Program-made: the position numbers and the translations under genes
From: a bacterium
GTDB taxonomy: Bacteria; Zhuqueibacterota; QNDG01
NCBI GenBank assembly: GCA_021158245.1
Contig: JAGGVB010000058.1
Location: forward strand, 24,349 to 88,348
Direction: 5' to 3'
DNA: 64,000 nucleotides
Notes under the pieces: generated by a model
Seen by the model: the letters and a program-made list of their open reading frames with translations, nothing else
Told to the model about the DNA's origin: nothing
Database searches by the model: none
Part shown: positions 40,812 through 48,856 of the stretch, in pieces
Layout of the letters: the number at the start of each line of letters is the position of its first letter
Position numbering within the stretch: position 1 is the first letter of the stretch

Positions 40812-40850
40812 TAAAAAAGCTGATTGAATCCGCAGAAGTATTCAATCAGC
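40812..40850 (-). terminator. Intrinsic terminator hairpin (riboswitch expression platform) in the lysC leader
   Basis: On the minus strand: GCTGATTGAAT-ACTTCTGCGG-ATTCAATCAGC followed by TTTTTTAT, a perfect 11-bp stem plus U-tract, about 20 nt upstream of the lysC start. Confidence 0.65.
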
Positions 40851-40854
40851 CCTG

Positions 40855-41050
40855 GATATTTTTAAAGTCCCGGAATGATTAAATAGCGCTCCACGGACTG
40901 TTCCGTGACAGACCGGCTGTTGTTCACGAACCGGGCCGACAAACAAACTTGCGGATATTTGTCTGTCTCGGCCTGCTTTCCTTTCTTTTCCGGGAAAATT
41001 GCCTCCGCGGGCATCCCCGAAAGGTACTGATAAAACAGGCACCTCTATCT
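40855..41050 (-). promoter_or_regulatory. Lysine riboswitch (L-box, Rfam RF00168-like) aptamer
   Basis: Minus-strand RNA starts ...UAGAUAGAGGUGCC...AGUA and contains GAAAGG...GCCGAG, CUGUCACGGAAC and GUGGAGCGCUAUUU. These parallel the conserved L-box segments of the B. subtilis lysC leader (GAUAGAGGUGCGAAC...GAGUA, GGCUGUCAAGAAA, UGGAGGGCUAUCU). It lies 5' of lysC-lysA, with a -35 TTGCAT / -10 TATTAT promoter at about complement(41065-41093). Confidence 0.65.
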
Positions 41051-41340
41051 AATCGAATTTGAATATAATAAAGAATGAAATGCATTGATGCAAGCATTTT
41101 CTGTAAAAATTAAAATATTTGTTGTGTTTAAAGGGGAAAATCGTATATTTTTAGTGTAGCATCCGATATCAATGTTTATCCCTTACTTCCCGGATTATAC
41201 TGCTAATGATTTTTAATTATCATCTATAACAGCCCTGAGCTGGAATCTGCTTCGGGCTGTTTTTATAAATTATTGCATAATTTTTTGAGATAATTTAACA
41301 CGATTTGTTTGTTAATAAATTTAATTACACTTCGTAAATT

Positions 41341-41378
41341 GCAAAAGCCCCGATTATTTCTAACCAGGGCTTTTGCGA
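41341..41378 (-). terminator. Hairpin downstream of cspA (possible bidirectional terminator)
   Basis: GCAAAAGCCC-(16 nt loop)-GGGCTTTTGC, a 10-bp stem, 17 bp after the csp stop codon. Confidence 0.4.
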
Positions 41379-41394
41379 ACTCTGTCAGCAAGAT

Positions 41395-41595
41395 TTATAC
41401 TTTTGATACCTTAATAGCCTGTAATCCTTTAGGACCCTGTCCTATCTCAAACATAACCTCGTCGCCTTCGTCCAGTGATTTGTAACCATCACCTTCAATC
41501 GCTTTGTAATGTACAAAAACATCATCCCCTTCTTCTCTGGAGATGAACCCATAGCCCTTAGAGCCATTGAACCATTTGACAGTACCTTTTTCCAT
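41395..41595 (-). CDS. cspA: Cold-shock protein, CspA family
   Basis: 66 aa with [19 protein letters not shown]1 and VFVHY RNP2 motifs; SD GAAGGA; long AT-rich 5' leader. Confidence 0.9.
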   Translation of the reverse strand: MEKGTVKWFNGSKGYGFISREEGDDVFVHYKAIEGDGYKSLDEGDEVMFEIGQGPKGLQAIKVSKV

Positions 41596-42278
41596 GAAAA
41601 CTATCCTTCATTTAAATATGTGTTTCGTACGTTTCTGTCTTCTGCAAAAAAAAATCGTGTTAACAGTGCTTGACTGTCATCCACGAATTTATTTTTGGTC
41701 TTATCGATGTTTTTACACGTCCTACAAATAAAACGAAAACAAGAAAACAGCTACGTACTATGAATTATTAAGAATAATATACAAAATGATAATTGATAAT
41801 GCAAGCAATTTCTTTAATTAAAACGATAAAATTTATATAATATGATAGTAAATCCTGTAATTATAGAGAGTTAACTGATAGAGGCTGTGTTTGTACGGGA
41901 AAATGCACAGATATTCATGGCAAAAGCAGCGTTGATTGATGCTATTCATTAAAAATACAATATTGGTACGTTAATTGCCTTAATTGGTTATGTAGTTAGA
42001 TGGTTCTTTGATAAAAATTTATTAACACTTTATATGTGATGATTGATAACTATATATAAATCAATTAGATATGGTTAAGATAAAAAATAATTATTATGTT
42101 AAATAATTAATTAATACTGGAATTAATTTGGCTGTTATAGGGTAAAAAATCACCGGTTACTGTTTAAAATAGTAGTCAGGACGTGCTGCAGAGGCAGTTG
42201 AATATGCAACTATAGGAGGTAAATATGTTCAAGATTGAAAAAAAAGAGTGGGGGTACTAAATTATTTTTAGTGATTTT

Positions 42279-42617
42279 ATGAAGGCTGAAGAGATGCAGA
42301 GGTGGCATGATGAATCAAAACAGAAGCTTCTATCTGCACCGAGTGAGTTTGGTGTTTTTGTGGATATGAGCAATATGAAACCACTCCCTGCAGATGCCCA
42401 GGAAGTTTTAAAAGCAGGACAGAAACTGTACAAAGAGAAGGGGATGGTCAGGTCTGTGGTTATTATAAACAGCACAATATTAAAATTGCAGTTTCGGCGT
42501 CTTGCTAAAGAGACTGGTATTTATGACTGGGAGCGCTATATTGATGCATCCAGTACACCGAACTGGGAAGAAGTAGGGATATCATGGATTAAAGACGGAG
42601 AAGATCCTGATAAATAG
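42279..42617 (+). CDS. Hypothetical protein (112 aa), no recognised domain
   Basis: ORF with terminator-like hairpin downstream (42683-42713). No SD of its own; preceded by an 11-codon mini-ORF with a strong SD. Confidence 0.35.
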   Translation: MKAEEMQRWHDESKQKLLSAPSEFGVFVDMSNMKPLPADAQEVLKAGQKLYKEKGMVRSVVIINSTILKLQFRRLAKETGIYDWERYIDASSTPNWEEVGISWIKDGEDPDK

Positions 42618-42682
42618 TAATATTTATCGATTTCTCTATAATTATAATTATTATTCATTGTAAGATATGTTCTAATTGGAAT

Positions 42683-42716
42683 AAAGAGTGCGGTTTTTGA
42701 ACCGCATTCTTTATAT
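42683..42716 (+). terminator. Intrinsic terminator-like hairpin
   Basis: AAAGAGTGCGGTT-TTTGA-AACCGCATTCTTT then ATATAGTT; 12/13 bp stem. Confidence 0.45.
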
Positions 42717-42750
42717 AGTTATAAATATTTTTTCTATTATAAAAAATATA

Positions 42751-42779
42751 TTGCAATTTTTCCAATTAAATTGTAAATA
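42751..42779 (+). promoter_or_regulatory. Sigma-70-type promoter (-35 TTGCAA, 17-nt spacer, -10 TAAATA)
   Basis: Read directly; about 45 bp upstream of the 42825 ORF. Confidence 0.4.
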
Positions 42780-42824
42780 GTATCAATCGGAGTCTATATT
42801 GAATAAAATGGAGGACGAATAAAG

Positions 42825-43340
42825 ATGAATACTAAAAAGATATTTATTATATTTTTTATAGCATTGTCATTATTATGCATTATTACAACTGTTAATGCCC
42901 AGACTGCAGATAATTTAAAAGGTATGCTAATTGATCTGAAAGGCTGGAATGCAAAAAAAGCTAATGGCATGGCTGTCAGCCTCGGCAGCATGAAAATGGC
43001 AAATGCATACCGCATTTATACGTTGAAAGATAAAAAAATTCATACAACAGTTTTGATAACAAGCAAGGAAGAGGCCTTACAGAAAATGGAGCCTGATATA
43101 AAACATAAGCCCAACTACAAAATTAGTAATTATACAATCAGAGGATTTAAGGTTGTTTCTGTTTATGATAAAAGAAAAAAGCAGGGTACTTTTATTGTTA
43201 CTCTGATAAAAAATAAAAGTAATTCCGGTGCAATATTTGCGTTTAATTACGATGGATTAAAAGAGAGAGAAGGTTTGGGCCTTGTTAAAAAGTTTGACTG
43301 GAAGAAGATGAAAAAAGAGGCAAAAGCTTTTCTTAAGTAA
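42825..43340 (+). CDS. Secreted hypothetical protein (signal peptide ...TVNA-QT), Lys-rich
   Basis: N-terminal hydrophobic signal sequence with an AXA-like cleavage site; no recognised domain. Confidence 0.45.
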   Translation: MNTKKIFIIFFIALSLLCIITTVNAQTADNLKGMLIDLKGWNAKKANGMAVSLGSMKMANAYRIYTLKDKKIHTTVLITSKEEALQKMEPDIKHKPNYKISNYTIRGFKVVSVYDKRKKQGTFIVTLIKNKSNSGAIFAFNYDGLKEREGLGLVKKFDWKKMKKEAKAFLK

Positions 43341-43648
43341 TAAATAGCTATCATTGAGCAAAAAAAATGGGTCATTTCGATTCGGCTTCAGCGGGATATA
43401 AATTTTATCCACGAATTACACGAATGACACTAATAAAAAAGCATAAAAATAAATTTTATTAATTCGTGAAACCCTGTCAGTCCATTGGCGGATTGGCGGG
43501 CAAAGAGGCTGTGGTGTGGGGAGCATTTCCTTTTTTCTCTCCTGCTTCTGAATAATACACTGAAAATATGTCAATTCACAAAAGCACAGTGCCTGATACA
43601 GGCTGTAAATGGAGAATATTCAGCCCGACTTTAGAAGGCTATTTGTAA

Positions 43649-43664
43649 TGGCACGGCTTTTGCC
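43649..43664 (+). promoter_or_regulatory. Sigma-54 (RpoN) promoter, -24/-12 elements TGGCAC-N5-TTGC
   Basis: TGGCACGGCTTTTGCC matches the consensus TGGCACG-N4-TTGCW at 11 of 12 positions with correct GG/GC spacing, about 110 bp upstream of the first che gene. Confidence 0.6.
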
Positions 43665-43775
43665 GAAATACAAAAGTGTCTGGAAAATGTACATATTTTA
43701 GTATATAACATTACTTTTTGAAAAGTTCACTGTTCATTGTGAAAAAAGATCAGCATAAGGTAAGAGGAGGAAAAA

Positions 43776-44150
43776 TTGCCAGGTAAAATCCTTATTATTG
43801 ATGATGATATGGGCATGAGGATGCTTCTTTCAAAATTTCTGCAGCGCCAGGGCTTTGAAACACTCGTTGCCGAGGATGGCCTTGAAGGAGTGGAAATTGC
43901 CAAAAAAACAAACCCTGACCTGATTATAATGGATGTTGTGATGCCTAGAATGGATGGAATTACAGCTGCGCGGCTGATTAAATTCTACAAACCGCTGAGC
44001 AATGTGCCGATAATTTTTCTAACGGCAAAAGATGACAGTAAGGAAATTGAACTTGCTCAGGAAACCCGTGCAGATGTATATATTACGAAACCATTTGATG
44101 TCCACAAAGTGATTGAAGTTGTTGAAGATCTTTTATCAAAAACTCAATAA
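43776..44150 (+). CDS. cheY: CheY-like single-domain response regulator
   Basis: REC domain with DDD acidic pocket, phospho-acceptor D (IIMDVVMP), T (FLTAKDD) and K (ITKPF); TTG start 7 nt after a GGAGG SD. Confidence 0.85.
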   Translation: MPGKILIIDDDMGMRMLLSKFLQRQGFETLVAEDGLEGVEIAKKTNPDLIIMDVVMPRMDGITAARLIKFYKPLSNVPIIFLTAKDDSKEIELAQETRADVYITKPFDVHKVIEVVEDLLSKTQ

Positions 44151-44174
44151 CGGACATGGGAGATTGATTAATAT

Positions 44175-44672
44175 ATGAGTGATAGAGATCAGTATTTGAT
44201 ATTTGTGCTGGATAAAAAAAAGTTTGCAATCAACATAAAATCTGTAAAGAGAATAGCTCTGTCTGTGGAAGTTACAGACCTCCCTGAAGGGCCTGGTATT
44301 GTGATGGGTATAATAAATGTAAAAGGCCAGGTTATTCCTGTTGTAAACATTAGGAAAAGGTTTGGAATGCCGGGAAAAGATATAGACCTGATGGATCATT
44401 TTATAATTACTAAAACTTCAACACGAATAGTAGCTATGGTAGTTGATGATGTTATCGAAATAACAAAGATTGCAAACAATAAGAAGATACTTAAGGATGA
44501 AATACTTCCGGGAATGAAGCATGTAGCAGGTGCATTGAAAATTGCAGGAGACATTGTTCTCATTCATGATATCGAATCTTTCCTCAGCCTCGGAGAGGAA
44601 AGGGAGATTGATAAGGCATTAAAAAAAGTTAACGAAAAAGCAAAAAAGGGAAAGAAAACGAGTAAAAAATGA
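44175..44672 (+). CDS. cheW: CheW-like coupling protein
   Basis: Single CheW domain (LIFVLDKKKFAINIKSVKRIA...PGIVMGIINVKGQVIPVVNI). Confidence 0.85.
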   Translation: MSDRDQYLIFVLDKKKFAINIKSVKRIALSVEVTDLPEGPGIVMGIINVKGQVIPVVNIRKRFGMPGKDIDLMDHFIITKTSTRIVAMVVDDVIEITKIANNKKILKDEILPGMKHVAGALKIAGDIVLIHDIESFLSLGEEREIDKALKKVNEKAKKGKKTSKK

Positions 44673-46138
44673 TATCCCGCGTACCAAATATTCTTCTTGA
44701 CCAGCTAAGCGTATTTATTAACAGCGAAATGGGACTCCATTTTCCAAAGGAGAGGAGATTGGATCTGCTGCGCGGTGTAAGCGAATCTGCAGAAGAATTT
44801 GGATTCACCGATGTAGAAATGTGTATTAACTGGTTACTTTCATCACCTTTAAAAAAACGTCAGATAGAAATACTTGCCCGCCATCTTACAGTTGGCGAGA
44901 CATATTTTTTCCGTGAATCAAGAGTCTTTCAGGCACTTGAAAAAGATATTATTGCAGGTATTATTCAGGCACGGAGAAATGGCACTAAAACTATTTGTAT
45001 ATGGAGTGCAGGATGCTGCAGCGGAGAAGAACCCTATTCAATTGCAATACTTTTAACCAGAATGATACCTGATATTGATTCGTGGAAAATTGTGATTTTC
45101 GGTACTGATATAAATATAGATTTCCTTGAAAAGGCACAAAAAGGAATTTATCGCGAATGGTCATTCAGGAATACTCCTTTCTGGATTAAAGAGAAGTATT
45201 TTACACGTATTGATGACGGAGTTTATGAGATAATTCCAGGGATAAAGCGGCTTGTAAATTTTAGTTATCTTAATCTCGTTAGTGTCGAGAACCCGTCATT
45301 TATTAATTTACAGTCTTTTGATCTTATCCTTTGCCGAAATGTTTTGATGTATTTTTCTCAGGGACAAGTCAGGTCGGTTATTAACAGATTTTATGAAGGG
45401 CTTAATGATAACGGATGGCTGATTGTAGGATCAAGTGAAGCATCCCATATCCTGTTTTCTCAATTTCAGACTGTCAATTTTCCCGGCGCGATTGTTTATC
45501 GTAAAGATACTTCCAAAACGCCTTTTGAATTACCGGAAATTACGCATGATGAACCAGATCTCCCTGAATTACATCCTGTTACTGTTACGGATTTTTCAAA
45601 ATTTATTACCACGGACAATGAAACCGAAGAAGAAGATGATTTTACAGAGGCAATTAACGCATTTGAGGCAGGGAACTATAAACTTGCAACTGAAATCCTG
45701 AAAAAAGTAGTCAATGATCCTGTTTTATCTGAGAATGTACAGGTTTATTTACTTCTGTCCCGCAGTTGTGCAAATCTCGGTAATTTAAAGCATGCACTGA
45801 ACTGGGTTGAAAAGGGCCTTAAACATAATAAACTTGATTTTCAATTATATCAGCTGAAAGCAGAGATTTATCAGGAAATGGGGAAGCTGGATAAGGCTGT
45901 AGAATCTTTGAAAAATGTAATATATTTGGAGCCTGACTCTTTTGTAGCGTATTTTATTCTCGGAAATATTTCGCATCAGCTCGGTAAAGATAAAGAAGCA
46001 AAAAAATGTTTTGAGAATGCTGAAAAGCTGCTCAGATTAAAAGAAAGAGATGATGTGTTGACTGAATTTGACGGAATTACTGCAGGAAGAATGATTCATG
46101 TGATAGAGAGTATGAAAAATACGGAGAATCCCGGATGA
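44669..46138 (+). CDS. cheR: CheR-type MCP methyltransferase with C-terminal TPR repeats (WspC/FrzF-like)
   Basis: CheR N-terminal and SAM-binding domain (IWSAGCCSGEEPYSIAIL), then about 150 aa of TPR (LLSRSCANLGNLKHALNWVEKGLKHNK...). Confidence 0.85.
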   Translation: MISRVPNILLDQLSVFINSEMGLHFPKERRLDLLRGVSESAEEFGFTDVEMCINWLLSSPLKKRQIEILARHLTVGETYFFRESRVFQALEKDIIAGIIQARRNGTKTICIWSAGCCSGEEPYSIAILLTRMIPDIDSWKIVIFGTDINIDFLEKAQKGIYREWSFRNTPFWIKEKYFTRIDDGVYEIIPGIKRLVNFSYLNLVSVENPSFINLQSFDLILCRNVLMYFSQGQVRSVINRFYEGLNDNGWLIVGSSEASHILFSQFQTVNFPGAIVYRKDTSKTPFELPEITHDEPDLPELHPVTVTDFSKFITTDNETEEEDDFTEAINAFEAGNYKLATEILKKVVNDPVLSENVQVYLLLSRSCANLGNLKHALNWVEKGLKHNKLDFQLYQLKAEIYQEMGKLDKAVESLKNVIYLEPDSFVAYFILGNISHQLGKDKEAKKCFENAEKLLRLKERDDVLTEFDGITAGRMIHVIESMKNTENPG

Positions 46139-46713
46139 CCGAGGAAAGTAAAAATTCTACTATTGAAAAAAATAATAGCATGAGTAAAATAATATACATG
46201 CCTGATAAAAAGGCGGTATTAAAAAAACGTGCAGAGGCTCTTGCAAAAGAGATGGCTGATGAATGGCAGGATAAGGATAAGTTCGAAGTTGTCGAGTTTA
46301 TTCTTGCATACGAGTTGTATGGAATTAAATCGTCTTTTGTACAGGAGGTTTACCCTTTAAAAAATTTTACTCCGCTGCCCGGCACGCCACCGTTTTTACT
46401 TGGAATTACGAATATTCGGGGAAGGATTGTTTCCATTGTTGATATTAAAAAGCTTTTTAATCTGCCTGACAGCGGTATTACTGACCTTAACAGAGTGATT
46501 ATAATTGAGAATGGAGAGAGTGAACTCGGTATACTGGCTGATAGAATAATGGGTATAAGAAATATTTCGGATGTTGATTTTAAAGCAAATTTATTGGTCA
46601 CAAGTGATACTATAGGAAATTATATACACGGGATTACCGAGGATAAATTAATTGTCCTTGATGTGGACAAAATATTTGGTGATAAAAGATTAATAATAAA
46701 CTCGGAAGTATAA
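46135..46713 (+). CDS. cheW: Second CheW-like coupling protein
   Basis: CheW domain (ILAYELYGIKSSFVQEV...LLGITNIRGRIVSIVDI) with an about 50-aa N-terminal extension. Confidence 0.8.
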   Translation: MTEESKNSTIEKNNSMSKIIYMPDKKAVLKKRAEALAKEMADEWQDKDKFEVVEFILAYELYGIKSSFVQEVYPLKNFTPLPGTPPFLLGITNIRGRIVSIVDIKKLFNLPDSGITDLNRVIIIENGESELGILADRIMGIRNISDVDFKANLLVTSDTIGNYIHGITEDKLIVLDVDKIFGDKRLIINSEV

Positions 46714-46751
46714 AAATATATTAATAAAATAAACTTTGCACGGAGTACACT

Positions 46752-48356
46752 ATGTTAAGAAATCTGAAATTAAAGACAAAAATCTTTTTCATCCCTTTTC
46801 TTGCAGGAATTATACTGCTTACGATTTTTATTACAGCGGGCTTGATCAAAACCCAAAATGATAAGCTCCTGAATAGTATCCGCACAGAATATCTACCGGT
46901 TCAGGTTTTTAATTCCGAACTTAAATCAATACTTCAGGAAATGAATAGTGTTGTTGAACATGCTGCTTTGACACGAAACAAAGTTTTGGCAAAACAGGCA
47001 GATATCATTCATCAGCAATTCATAGCGGAATTATCAAGGGCAGAATCTGATCCTGTAATTAAACTTAGTCTAATGCCTGATAAAAATGAGTATGATAGTT
47101 TTTCCAGTGCTTTTCTGGATGTTGTTGATAAAATATCATCAGGCAGCAGTAAGAATCTAATTAATAGAAGTTTACAAAAATTAAAACCCATGCATGATAC
47201 ACTCAACTCAATAATTCAAAAAAATATTGTTAGAGAAAAAAGAAACGTTAGTCAGGCATTTTCCAGCATAGGGTCCAAAAACAGATTATTAATTATTTTA
47301 ATAGGATTAATAATTTTTATTGGACTTGCAATGAGTATGGTATTATCAATAGCTGTAATAAAATCAGTAATGGAACCTCTTGACATTGTAGTTAATGTAG
47401 CAGAACAGGTTGCAGACGGCCAATTGACCATTGATATTCCGGAAACCGAAGGAACTGATGAAATGAGCTCACTCCTTAGAACTTTCAGGAGAATGGTTAT
47501 AAGCCTCAGGGAAATGGCTGTACAGATCAAGGAGGCATCTAATGCACTTGCTTCTTCTGCCGGCCAGATTTCTACATCTGTAACTCAGATTGCATCTGCA
47601 GCTGCAGAAACAGCATCTGCTGCTACAGAGACAAATACAACTGTTGAAGAGGTCAGGCAGACTGCAATTGATTCGAACAAAAAAGCAAAGCATGTGTCGG
47701 AAAGTGCTCAAAAGTCTGTAAAAATTTCACAGGCAGGTGAGAAAACCGTTGCGGAAACAATTGAAGAGATGCAGAGGATTGAAGAGCAGATGGAATCTAT
47801 TGCAGAAAGTATTATGCGTTTAAGTGAACATGGACAGGCAATAAGCAGTATTATTACTACTGTTGAGGACGTGGCAGAGCAGTCAAGATTATTGGCTGTT
47901 AATGCTTCAATTGAAGCTGTAAAAGCCGGAGAGCAAGGGAAGGGTTTTGCTGTTGTAGCACAAGAGGTCAGAACACTTGCTGAGCAGTCAAAACAGGCTA
48001 CAAACCGAATAAGAGCAATTCTTGACGAAATTCAGAAATCTACGAGTGAAGCTGTTATGAAGACGGAGCAGGGTACAAAGGCCGTTAAATCCGGAGTGGA
48101 ACAATCGGCAAAATCCGGTGAAACAATTCAAAGACTGGCTAACAGCGTTACTGAAGCAGCACAGGCCACTACCCAGATAGCAGTATCCAGCCAGGAACAG
48201 ACAGTCGGCATGGATCAGGTTGTATCTGCAATGGAATCAATAAAACAGGCCAGTAATCAGAATGTAAGTGCAACAAAACAGGTGGAAGCTGCTGCTCAGG
48301 ATCTTTACAATCTTGGACAGACTTTGATGGATATTGTGAAATTATATAAATTATAG
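46752..48356 (+). CDS. Methyl-accepting chemotaxis protein (2 TM, periplasmic region, HAMP, MA domain)
   Basis: Highly conserved signalling hairpin (RLLAVNASIEAVKAGEQGKGFAVVAQEVRTLAEQS); TM helices at about 10-30 and 170-195. Confidence 0.9.
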   Translation: MLRNLKLKTKIFFIPFLAGIILLTIFITAGLIKTQNDKLLNSIRTEYLPVQVFNSELKSILQEMNSVVEHAALTRNKVLAKQADIIHQQFIAELSRAESDPVIKLSLMPDKNEYDSFSSAFLDVVDKISSGSSKNLINRSLQKLKPMHDTLNSIIQKNIVREKRNVSQAFSSIGSKNRLLIILIGLIIFIGLAMSMVLSIAVIKSVMEPLDIVVNVAEQVADGQLTIDIPETEGTDEMSSLLRTFRRMVISLREMAVQIKEASNALASSAGQISTSVTQIASAAAETASAATETNTTVEEVRQTAIDSNKKAKHVSESAQKSVKISQAGEKTVAETIEEMQRIEEQMESIAESIMRLSEHGQAISSIITTVEDVAEQSRLLAVNASIEAVKAGEQGKGFAVVAQEVRTLAEQSKQATNRIRAILDEIQKSTSEAVMKTEQGTKAVKSGVEQSAKSGETIQRLANSVTEAAQATTQIAVSSQEQTVGMDQVVSAMESIKQASNQNVSATKQVEAAAQDLYNLGQTLMDIVKLYKL

Positions 48357-48392
48357 AGATGTTTTTATTAATCATAACGTGCAGGTGAAATT

Positions 48393-48818
48393 ATGCAGAT
48401 AAGTGATCCGGAGTTTTTTAAGCAGATTCTTGAGATGTTCAGAATGGAAGCGCAGGAGCATCTTGAAACGATATCTTCCGGTGTTTCGAAGCTTAAACAG
48501 GGAGTTACAGGGCTTGAACGCAAGGAAGTTGTGGAAACTATATTCAGAGCAGCCCACAGCCTGAAAGGTGCTGCAAGGACAGTTGGAATAACTGATCTCG
48601 AAGAAATCGGCCAGGAGTTTGAGAAAATATTTTCAATGCTGAAGCAGAAGGAATCCATGCTGACAGATGATACTTTTGAAATTTTTGATATTGCAGAGAA
48701 TCAGCTTGGGCTTCTGATAAAATCTGTTGACAAAGAAGGAAAGGTGCTGGGCGATAAATCAGAGCTTGTCAGGCTTATAAGCCAGATACATGAAAGAATA
48801 TTGCTGCAAAACGCATAG
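48393..48818 (+). CDS. Stand-alone HPt (histidine phosphotransfer) domain protein
   Basis: HPt helix with phospho-His context FRAAHSLKGAARTVGI; 141 aa. Confidence 0.7.
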   Translation: MQISDPEFFKQILEMFRMEAQEHLETISSGVSKLKQGVTGLERKEVVETIFRAAHSLKGAARTVGITDLEEIGQEFEKIFSMLKQKESMLTDDTFEIFDIAENQLGLLIKSVDKEGKVLGDKSELVRLISQIHERILLQNA

Positions 48819-48856
48819 AAAAAAATATAATTGCTAAAGGCTGGTAATTAGGAGAA

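Noticed and set aside
40842-41042. 66-aa minus-strand ORF (MPVLSVPFGDARGG...)
   Set aside because: Lies entirely within the lysine riboswitch aptamer and terminator; GC-rich structured RNA, not coding.
41868-41960. Plus-strand GATAGAGGCTGTG... resembling the 5' end of an L-box
   Set aside because: Only the first about 12 nt resemble the riboswitch P1 region; none of the downstream conserved blocks (CUGUCA, UGGAG.GCUAU) follow. Probably coincidental.
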